IMG/VR virus record: IMGVR_UViG_3300042261_002385 | Span: 1-64,000 of that record | Reading direction: 5' to 3' (one strand) | DNA: 64,000 bases | Part shown: positions 47,748 to 55,532 of the stretch, piece by piece | Layout: the number at the start of each line of letters is the position of its first letter | Position numbering within the stretch: the first letter of the stretch is position 1 | The notes under the pieces: generated by a model | Database searches by the model: none | What the model was told of the DNA's origin: nothing | Seen by the model: the letters and a program-made list of their open reading frames with translations, nothing else | Program-made: the position numbers and the translations under genes

Positions 47748-48449
47748 ATGAAAAAAAACATTTTCTGGACTGGTGGATTTGATAGCACATTTAGACTTTT
47801 ACAGATTGTAAATGATATCGAAGTTGAGGAGATTAACATTTTTTATGTTTCTCTCTTAATAGATAATAAAGAATCTTCTAAAGTATCAAGACGTAGTTTA
47901 GACATAGAGCTAAAAACTATGTCAAACATATTATCAGAAATTGATACTACTAAAATTAAATGTTTTACCATAATTGGAAAATCAGAAACACTACTACTCT
48001 GTAATTTAATCTTTAGCTTTGGATTTATGAATTACATCACAAAAGAAGAAGTAATTTACACAGATAAGACTAAAATCAACTTTTTTGATTTATATAGAAA
48101 CAATTTTGTAAATAGACCGATATCACAATATACTTACATATCTCAACTTCTTGAGGAATTAGATATTGAAGCAGAGATATCTTTAGAATTCAATCCTAAC
48201 AACTCTGCTTCCTTCTGGAGTTTGTTGTCTTCAGCCATACAAAATAATAGAATAATAAAAATAAGACCGGAACTTGAAGCTTTTTCAAGATTTCAATTAC
48301 CTATAATTAATCTTACAAAAGAAGATATGCTAGAGATTGCTATAAAAAATGGTTGGGAAAAAATACTTCAGTTGACATGGTCTTGTTGGTATCCAATCGG
48401 TGAAACATCTTGTGAATCTTGTTTTGCTTGTAAAAGACGAGTTCTTTAG
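47748..48449 (+). CDS. QueC-like PP-loop ATPase with C-terminal Zn site
   Basis: FWTGGFDST PP-loop; TWSCWYP....CESCFACKRR. Confidence 0.7.
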   Translation: MKKNIFWTGGFDSTFRLLQIVNDIEVEEINIFYVSLLIDNKESSKVSRRSLDIELKTMSNILSEIDTTKIKCFTIIGKSETLLLCNLIFSFGFMNYITKEEVIYTDKTKINFFDLYRNNFVNRPISQYTYISQLLEELDIEAEISLEFNPNNSASFWSLLSSAIQNNRIIKIRPELEAFSRFQLPIINLTKEDMLEIAIKNGWEKILQLTWSCWYPIGETSCESCFACKRRVL

Positions 48450-48522
48450 TCGGGAAGACAGGACTCGAACCTGCGGCCTGATGGTCCCAAACCACCCGAT
48501 CTACCAACTGATCTACTTCCCG
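48450..48522 (-). tRNA. tRNA-Pro(TGG)
   Basis: Full cloverleaf CGGGAAG/CTTCCCG; loop TTTGGGA. Confidence 0.95.
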
Positions 48523-48531
48523 AAATTTTAG

Positions 48532-48604
48532 CGGACGTGACGGGAGTTGAACCCGCTCCGAACTGCGTGACAGGCAGACATCTTAACCGTTTGACCTCAC
48601 ATCC
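48532..48604 (-). tRNA. tRNA-Asp(GTC)
   Basis: GGATGTG/CACGTCC, G73, loop CTGTCAC; A at position 8. Confidence 0.9.
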
Positions 48605-48621
48605 GTATATCAATTATATTG

Positions 48622-48694
48622 TTGTCCCACAAGGGTTCGAACCTCGACTCTTCTGGACCAAAACCAGACGTGTTGCCAATTACACCATAGGACA
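48622..48694 (-). tRNA. tRNA-Gln(TTG)
   Basis: TGTCCTA/TGGGACA; loop TTTTGGT. Confidence 0.95.
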
Positions 48695-48696
48695 AT

Positions 48697-48729
48697 AAAA
48701 AACCCGATTAGTTTTTGACTAACCGGGTT
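48697..48729 (-). terminator. attenuator terminator directly upstream of tRNA-Gln
   Basis: Minus strand AACCCGGTTAG-TCAAAAA-CTAATCGGGTT-TTTT; one G-U pair works only on the minus strand. Confidence 0.85.
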
Positions 48730-48754
48730 TTACAAATTCGTTTTAATTAAAACA

Positions 48755-48850
48755 TTAACTTATTGTAAAGACATAGTTAGCCATTCTCCCAGGGTCCTGA
48801 TCCTGAGGTTGTGGATTAACTTGTGTAATATTCATTTTAAATGTTTTCAT
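48755..48850 (-). CDS. leader peptide (31 aa) MKTFKMNITQVNPQPQDQDPGRMANYVFTIS
   Basis: Not in track. A-rich Bacteroidota-type start context; promoter AAACAG-N15-TATATA upstream; PQPQDQDP run at 48791-48814. Confidence 0.75.
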   Translation of the reverse strand: MKTFKMNITQVNPQPQDQDPGRMANYVFTIS

Positions 48851-48928
48851 TATTTGTTATATATTGAATTATTATTCTCTGTTTGTCAAATTTATATACA
48901 AAAATACAAAAAAGATTTTAAAATATTT

Positions 48929-50344
48929 CTATTTTCTTATGAAATTTTCATAAGTAGCTAATTTTACTAGTTTAGGTTGTTTTAGATTTCTACACTCTTG
49001 AACAAAATTATCTAATATAATCCAAGTCTCCTGTAATTCTTCAGGATGAAATAATATTCCATATCTACCTAATTTTTTATTAGATATACCTGCAATGGTT
49101 TCACCAAGCATTGCAATATTTTCAAAATCAACAGGAACATTTACTGGGTAGTCGTGAAAACAAAAATTTACTTTCTGCTGTGTCAAGTCAATTCCTTTGA
49201 ATAAAAAATGTTCAGTATCAAAATCAGTCAAGTTGAAAAATCCGCAGTTTAGTTCTCCTCCATCGATACTTCGTCCGTAAAACTTAGCCATAGACTGAAA
49301 TCCATAACACATTGCTAAAATTGGACAGGTAAGAATTTTTAACGCCTCCTCTGAAGCTTCATATTCTGTGTTTGAATCCGGCTTTCTCATACTGTAATCA
49401 GAACCAGTTGATAAAGCACCAATGATGTTATATTCTTGATTATATTTTCTTACTTCTTCAGGTGAACAAGCCGCTTTAAAAGGAATATCTCTGACTCTCA
49501 AATATCTAGCTACTTTAGGAAAATATTTAAATTGAGGTGATTTAGCATTGTTTATAATTAAAAATATATCCTCTTTGTCAGAGTTGGATTCTTTGTATGC
49601 ATTTCCAAACTCAATCAAATCAGAATCATCATTATATAGGTGTTTTGGATTGTCATTTTCATGTTCATAACTTTCGTAGTGCTCATCAAGAAATTTTAAG
49701 TCTTCTGAAGTAATTTTGATACCATGGTCAAAACAATTAAAAAATTTCACCAAGTCTTCTATTGACTCATCAGTAAATCCCCAATGAGTTTCAGGATCAT
49801 ACTTTGAACCAACTGAAGTATAATGAATTACATTAATTTTATTTGGAGCTTCAAGTGTAAACTCAACAGCCATATTGTTACCATAAGTAATATCAACCAA
49901 AAGTTTGATTTGGTCTTCTTCTGTGTGTAGATCTCCTTGGCCAATTTTTGAAAAGTGTATATCAAACTCAAGCATTGCTGGTTCACCATTTTGTAAGGCG
50001 TAGTTAGGGTCTAGAGGTATAGGCTCACCAGAATTTGTAGATTTAGATTGGTCAGCACTATTATAGTAGTATGTAAACTGCACTAATGCATTATCAATAG
50101 AACATTCGTTTTTATCAAATACATATTCTTTTGTTCCAGTAACGTCTGTTAGAGTTAAATCTTTGTTTAACTTCTTTAGATTCGGATTTGAATGGATCGT
50201 GAATGTCTCTGGTAAAAGTTTTTCAAACCAATCTTGTTGAAACATAGAAATTCTACCGTCAATATGAATTGGTTCACCAGCGTGAGGAAGTGATTTATTT
50301 CTATACTCTTTACTGAGACCTTCATATTTTTTAAGATATTTCAT
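48929..50344 (-). CDS. tagged protein (MKYLKKYE) with C-terminal class I glutamine amidotransferase domain
   Basis: PILAMCYGFQ nucleophile elbow and GILFHPE His-Glu; AATATATA at 50350-50357. Confidence 0.8.
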   Translation of the reverse strand: MKYLKKYEGLSKEYRNKSLPHAGEPIHIDGRISMFQQDWFEKLLPETFTIHSNPNLKKLNKDLTLTDVTGTKEYVFDKNECSIDNALVQFTYYYNSADQSKSTNSGEPIPLDPNYALQNGEPAMLEFDIHFSKIGQGDLHTEEDQIKLLVDITYGNNMAVEFTLEAPNKINVIHYTSVGSKYDPETHWGFTDESIEDLVKFFNCFDHGIKITSEDLKFLDEHYESYEHENDNPKHLYNDDSDLIEFGNAYKESNSDKEDIFLIINNAKSPQFKYFPKVARYLRVRDIPFKAACSPEEVRKYNQEYNIIGALSTGSDYSMRKPDSNTEYEASEEALKILTCPILAMCYGFQSMAKFYGRSIDGGELNCGFFNLTDFDTEHFLFKGIDLTQQKVNFCFHDYPVNVPVDFENIAMLGETIAGISNKKLGRYGILFHPEELQETWIILDNFVQECRNLKQPKLVKLATYENFIRK

Positions 50345-50391
50345 AATACTATATATTATTTTTTTATTACGAAATATAATATATTCAATGA

Positions 50392-50811
50392 TTAGAGACC
50401 TAAATTATTTATTTTTTTATTTCTGACATCAGAAAGATTATGTATTGCGTAGACTGAGTTTTTTGTAATAATTATACAATCATCTATAATTTGTTCAACT
50501 TTAGAAGTATACCAACTCGAATTTTTTATAGTAAAAGATTGACCAACTACTGGATCCCCATCTGATAGACCTTTAAGCGTATCCATAAATTGATTACCGA
50601 GCAAAGAACTTCTAAAAACTTGAGGTTTTCCAACAATCGATTTAGATGTTTTTAAGAAACTATATTCATCACAATTCTGTATTAATATAGAAACATAGTA
50701 GTCAAATAATTGTTCTCCATCAGAGACAATCATAATAGTTTTTTTACCAGAACTTGAAACAGCTGGTAAAATATTACCTATTTTTAATATTTCAACTACT
50801 TTGTTCATCAA
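50392..50811 (-). CDS. hypothetical protein; C-terminal RNKKINNL motif
   Basis: 139 aa. Confidence 0.65.
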   Translation of the reverse strand: MMNKVVEILKIGNILPAVSSSGKKTIMIVSDGEQLFDYYVSILIQNCDEYSFLKTSKSIVGKPQVFRSSLLGNQFMDTLKGLSDGDPVVGQSFTIKNSSWYTSKVEQIIDDCIIITKNSVYAIHNLSDVRNKKINNLGL

Positions 50812-51286
50812 ATAAACTGTCTAAAGCGTGTTTTCTTTTAACATATGAATCGAATGCAACTTTTAAAGTCATATTTTTCATATAAAAATGAAAAAAAGAA
50901 TTTATATCAACTCTTATTAACCAACCTGGATTTGTCTCACCGATTATTATTGATTTTTTTTGTTTTTCATCCCATCTTTTTTGGAATTTCTTCACCACCT
51001 CAATAACGATTGATTTTTTATTCTTTTTTGATATTTTAATCTTTTCACCAGAGCTAAAAGAAGTATTGGCTTTTGGGTCTTTACAATATCCAGAAAATGA
51101 GTAATAGTTACTAAACTCTATTAGCTCACCAATTTGTAAATAGTCTACAAACTCTTGCATTTCAAGTTGGTTGAATTGTTCTCTCAATCTATTTAAATCT
51201 TGATGCAACTCATTTAATTGTTTATGTAAGACTTTTGACTTATTGGTTTTTTCGTCAATTAAATTTTGTAGTTGTGATAAGTTCAT
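50792..51286 (-). CDS. hypothetical protein with N-terminal coiled coil
   Basis: 164 aa. Confidence 0.65.
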   Translation of the reverse strand: MNLSQLQNLIDEKTNKSKVLHKQLNELHQDLNRLREQFNQLEMQEFVDYLQIGELIEFSNYYSFSGYCKDPKANTSFSSGEKIKISKKNKKSIVIEVVKKFQKRWDEKQKKSIIIGETNPGWLIRVDINSFFHFYMKNMTLKVAFDSYVKRKHALDSLFDEQSS

Positions 51287-51423
51287 TTTTGGTCTAATTT
51301 TAGAAAACGTTTAGAAAGAATTCCAGATCTAAAATAATCTTTAGCCTCTATAGCTTTCTCAAAGTCTTTATAGATTAAATTTTTAATTTTTTTCTTCTGG
51401 TTATATTTTTTTATCAAACGCAT
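51283..51423 (-). CDS. small basic early protein (46 aa)
   Basis: Not in track. MRLIKKYNQKKKIKNLIYKDFEKAIEAKDYFRSGILSKRFLKLDQK; ATGA overlap with the next gene; TATATTTG box 4 nt upstream. Confidence 0.6.
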   Translation of the reverse strand: MRLIKKYNQKKKIKNLIYKDFEKAIEAKDYFRSGILSKRFLKLDQK

Positions 51424-51438
51424 GTTACAAATATACGA

Positions 51439-51468
51439 AAAAAAAGTCGGAAATTATCCGACTTTTTC
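51439..51468. terminator. intrinsic terminator
   Basis: A-run-GTCGGA-AATTA-TCCGAC-TTTTT. Confidence 0.75.
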
Positions 51469-51699
51469 TAACAAATTTTTATTAATTTTTTTAAACTGAT
51501 TTTCTAAATGTAGTTCAAGTTTTTCATTTATAAATTCTCTATCTGAAGAAAGCCAAAGTATGTCTACAGTTCTATTTTTATATCCATAATGATATCTTCT
51601 AAAGTATTTATTGTCTAACTCAACTTTAGTGTATCTAGCACAATTAGTTATAAATTTATCTTTAATAATCTTCATATTTTTAATCATAAAATCCATCAC
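51454..51699 (-). CDS. hypothetical protein
   Basis: 81 aa. Confidence 0.55.
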   Translation of the reverse strand: MMDFMIKNMKIIKDKFITNCARYTKVELDNKYFRRYHYGYKNRTVDILWLSSDREFINEKLELHLENQFKKINKNLLEKVG

Positions 51700-52924
51700 A
51701 CATATCTAAATATGACTCAGTGTCAAAAAAACTATCACCGGTATCACCTAAATCGTCTGCTTTTGAGTAATCTAATTCAGGTAAATATTGAATCAAATCA
51801 TTTCTATCACACTCAGTTGAGTAATTGTGTTTGTAATTAACTTTAAGTTTGAATCCATTCCATTCCGATGTTTCATATTCGAGGTCAAGTGATTTTAACA
51901 AAGAGTCAATTATGACTTTTTCTTCTAAAATCCTCTCTTTACACAAATCAACTGATACAACTTTTTTAGTCCATTCTTCTATTTCTATCTTTGAGACATA
52001 GTTGTATTTCTTATCGTGAAACCAAATATTTTCGGTTTTAGTTTTAGGCTTAGTAATTGAACCCCAATTATTGTAACTACTGTAACCACTTTGTCTAGCT
52101 CCATATCTAGTTCCATAGTAGTAATCATCATCATCCCAACCTGGATAGCCCCAGCCACCATAACCACCATATGATTTATACTCTGTTTTAGAAGGGTCTC
52201 TTTCGACAGGTAGATTATTCCAATCAACTTTCAAACAAGCCTCAGCTAATTTTTCTAAGTGTTCAATATTTTGAGTCTCAGAAAAAGTGTGTTCTGATTG
52301 ATATCCTACAGAAATGTTAGTACATTCTGGGTAGATAGAAATAAACTGAAAAGAATCAGTCAAAACACCAGTTGGGTCATTTTCATATTTGAAAGTGTTA
52401 TCAGCTAAATTTAATTGCTCAGATAACGCTGTTCCGAAAGCATCAGAAGCACATCTTCTACTACTTTGATAAGTAATTACAGATTTTGTTCCTCTACGGT
52501 CAAAAGATATAACTTTATTAATACCTTCTATTTTAGTTTCTTTTTGAATACCAGCGACTTTCTTAGAACCAATACATCCTACTTCTTCACCTAAGAAGAA
52601 ATAATAAAGACCAGGTATGTTGTTTTTAATCATATACAACATAATAGTGACTCCTGCTTTATCATCCGCTCCTAAAATAGATTTACCATCTGTTTTGATT
52701 ATGTTTCCATCAAATACGTGATTTACAGGTGTGTTAGCAGAAGTTGCTGTATCTAAGTGAGACGTAAACATTACATCACTTTCTCCTATTTTAATAAATA
52801 GATTTCCGAATTCATCCTCTTTAAGACCATCTACAGTGGAGAAAAGTATAGGAAATAATTCGGTTTCTGTTCCGTGAGGATAAGTCCGACTAGTCAACTC
52901 TAAGAACTTTTCTTTAATTTTCAT
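51680..52924 (-). CDS. M28/M20-like Zn peptidase with Tyr/Gly-rich linker
   Basis: SHLDT, LGADDKAG, GEEVGCIGS, SFDRRG and NISVGY..EHT motifs. Confidence 0.8.
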   Translation of the reverse strand: MKIKEKFLELTSRTYPHGTETELFPILFSTVDGLKEDEFGNLFIKIGESDVMFTSHLDTATSANTPVNHVFDGNIIKTDGKSILGADDKAGVTIMLYMIKNNIPGLYYFFLGEEVGCIGSKKVAGIQKETKIEGINKVISFDRRGTKSVITYQSSRRCASDAFGTALSEQLNLADNTFKYENDPTGVLTDSFQFISIYPECTNISVGYQSEHTFSETQNIEHLEKLAEACLKVDWNNLPVERDPSKTEYKSYGGYGGWGYPGWDDDDYYYGTRYGARQSGYSSYNNWGSITKPKTKTENIWFHDKKYNYVSKIEIEEWTKKVVSVDLCKERILEEKVIIDSLLKSLDLEYETSEWNGFKLKVNYKHNYSTECDRNDLIQYLPELDYSKADDLGDTGDSFFDTESYLDMCDGFYD

Positions 52925-52990
52925 AGTTTAATTTTTTACTTCAATTAAGTTTAGAACTTTTCTAAACTACTATCCTTTGATAGATTTATA

Positions 52991-53022
52991 CAAATATACG
53001 GAAGTTTAGTTGTTTTAACAAA
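52991..53022 (-). promoter_or_regulatory. Bacteroidota-type promoter for the peptidase operon
   Basis: TTTG-N20-TATATTTG. Confidence 0.8.
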
Positions 53023-53068
53023 TTATTCACAAAATTATTGTGGATAAATATTTTTAATATATACTAAT

Positions 53069-55309
53069 ATGAATATTTCATCAGATCTTATATTAGGAAA
53101 ACTTGTAATTTCAGACAAATTTGACCCAACAGTAGGCACACAGTCAGCAAATGCATGTCCCACTTTTACAAATATTGGCGACGAGTATATTTTATCATTT
53201 CCCGAAATTCAAAATGTCAAAACTTTAACAAGATTTTTTTATGACACAATAGGTTTAACAGATGGTAGATACCTACTAAACTATTATAGAGTCTCGAGAG
53301 ATGGCCAAAATTGGTCAGAATGGTTAGACTTGACGCTTAAGATTACTAATTTTCCAATTGTAGATCCATTAGATCCATTCTACTTAGAGATAAAATGGGT
53401 AAGAAAAGGTGTTTCAAATATTGGTATTATTAGAATTTTAGAGTATAATATTCAAGGTGAATTAGAAAGAAGTATTCAAGAAGAGGAAGGAACATCAGTA
53501 ATACCAGCTGGTAAAACACTAATAATCAAACCTCCATTTATTTTTAAAGTTTTTAAGATAAACGACATTGAAATTATTTCTTCATCAGGTATACCAACTG
53601 GTTGTAAAATATCTTACAGATTTTCACAGGATAGTGCAAGAAGTTGGTCTGATTATGAATTATTCACAAAAGAAAATATATTTAGTAGAAGAATTAATCC
53701 GATAAGATTTTTTCAGATTGAATATTTAATTGAAAACAATTCTACACAGAGTGTAACAATTCAAGATATAAATTTGATTGGTGATTTTCAAAATGTTTCA
53801 GAAGACTCAAAGAAAACTAACTTATTTGGAATTAGACAGTGTTGTCAATCAAACATAATGGGCACATATGATGAGAACGGCAATTTTGTTCCAAACACAA
53901 ACTTAAATGCTAGTGGAAGCTCAGGCGGACCAGGATGTGATACTGATAATTCATCTCTGCCGAAAATGACAACTGATGAAAAAGCAAATCTATTTAATCC
54001 ATATCAACAAAGTCAAGCAATGAATTTGCTTCAAAAACTGAGTAATGATGCTCAAATGGTATTTGGTCACCGTGTAATCTACTACGCCACTGACCCAGAT
54101 AGAAAAGGACAAGATTCTATACTACATGAATATCAATTATACAATGTAGTTTGTGATGGTGAATTGAAAGTTTCAGTCGAAGGAAATCAATTTCCAGACT
54201 CTCAGATTGTTATGAATCAGTTTGATTTGACTTTATTTGAAACATTTCAAGTTCACATTACCAAACAACAATTCAAAGAAGTCTTTGGCGCTCAAAGAAG
54301 ACCAGCTAAAGAAGATTTTCTTTACTTCTGTGATCTTAACAGGATGTATGCTGTTGACCATGCTCAGCAATTTAGAAATTTTAATAACGCTGCAATTTAT
54401 TACAAATTAGTTCTGAAAAAATATCACAAAACTGCAAATATCAATTATGGAGATGAAAATATCAAACAGAGTGTTGATAAGTTAACTAAAAATACAACTA
54501 TTAATGAGTTATTTGGAACTGAAGATAACCAAGAAAAGAAAGCAATTGCTAACAAAGACCAATTTAAACCATTAACAACTGAAGTAATTCGATTAGAATA
54601 CAATGCTACAATTGACAAAGAATTGATTGAGAATTCAACTACAATAATATCTAAAGCTCATTATGATTTAGCTTCATTAAATTATAGAGCACTGGCGGTA
54701 AAATATGTAAATTCTAACCCAATACTATCACCAAGTAATAATATCGGTTTTATGTGTTGGTTCAACATAAATAATTATATAGCAGGTGAAAAATATAATT
54801 TCTTGAGTTATTACAACTATGCACTAAATCTTGGTTACAAGTTTGAACTTGAAAGTGATGAATTAAAATTTACTCTGAACGGAGTCACCTACAGTCAACA
54901 TCTTATGGGTCAACCTACAAACAATGCTTTAGCTCTGAATGAAGATACTTGGTATTGTTATTTAGTAAATATTGATCAAAGAAATAGAAAAGCTGAACAG
55001 TTTATTTATAAGAGAAATGTTGATGAAGAAAGTGAGGCAGCTAATTTATCTTACACGATGCTTAGACAAGTTTACAAACAATCGTTTGAAATTGAACCAA
55101 TTGAATTTGAAGCTGAAGGATTTAATCCACAGATATACGCTTCGGATATGAAACTTACAAATCTTAGATTGTTTAGTGAAATTATACCTGAAAAAGAACA
55201 TAATAAACTATGTAATCAATATATTATTAGAGATGACTCTAAATATCTAATATTTGCAGACAACGCGACTACAAGATTGTATCTACCGAGATTCCCATTA
55301 TTTGAATAA
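53069..55309 (+). CDS. neck protein, T4 gp14-like core with N-terminal extension and LamG-like C-terminus
   Basis: FGHRVIYY; FQVHITKQQF...RRPAKEDFLYFCDLNRMYAV; C-terminal FMCWFNI..TWY..LRLF; AATATATA at 53056-53063. Confidence 0.65.
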   Translation: MNISSDLILGKLVISDKFDPTVGTQSANACPTFTNIGDEYILSFPEIQNVKTLTRFFYDTIGLTDGRYLLNYYRVSRDGQNWSEWLDLTLKITNFPIVDPLDPFYLEIKWVRKGVSNIGIIRILEYNIQGELERSIQEEEGTSVIPAGKTLIIKPPFIFKVFKINDIEIISSSGIPTGCKISYRFSQDSARSWSDYELFTKENIFSRRINPIRFFQIEYLIENNSTQSVTIQDINLIGDFQNVSEDSKKTNLFGIRQCCQSNIMGTYDENGNFVPNTNLNASGSSGGPGCDTDNSSLPKMTTDEKANLFNPYQQSQAMNLLQKLSNDAQMVFGHRVIYYATDPDRKGQDSILHEYQLYNVVCDGELKVSVEGNQFPDSQIVMNQFDLTLFETFQVHITKQQFKEVFGAQRRPAKEDFLYFCDLNRMYAVDHAQQFRNFNNAAIYYKLVLKKYHKTANINYGDENIKQSVDKLTKNTTINELFGTEDNQEKKAIANKDQFKPLTTEVIRLEYNATIDKELIENSTTIISKAHYDLASLNYRALAVKYVNSNPILSPSNNIGFMCWFNINNYIAGEKYNFLSYYNYALNLGYKFELESDELKFTLNGVTYSQHLMGQPTNNALALNEDTWYCYLVNIDQRNRKAEQFIYKRNVDEESEAANLSYTMLRQVYKQSFEIEPIEFEAEGFNPQIYASDMKLTNLRLFSEIIPEKEHNKLCNQYIIRDDSKYLIFADNATTRLYLPRFPLFE

Positions 55310-55532
55310 AAATATTCAATGAAACTCATAAAATTCTAGTCTATAATCAGCATATAATAACTTAGAAGAGTAAATACACATTAAATTTACACATATGCAA
55401 TATATAGATTGTTGTGCTTTGCATAATAAAATTGCTCGACCGGCCCATGGTAGATGGGGGTTTCTGAGAGTTGAATAGTGAGTGTGGAAGATTCTTCAAG
55501 TGAGTGAAAAATTATAAAAATAGTTTTTTGCC

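Noticed and set aside
47748-50344. QueC-like plus GATase as a split GAT-QueC archaeosine synthase
   Set aside because: GAT-QueC uses a class II (Ntn) amidotransferase; this one is class I, on the opposite strand and carries the capsid tag.
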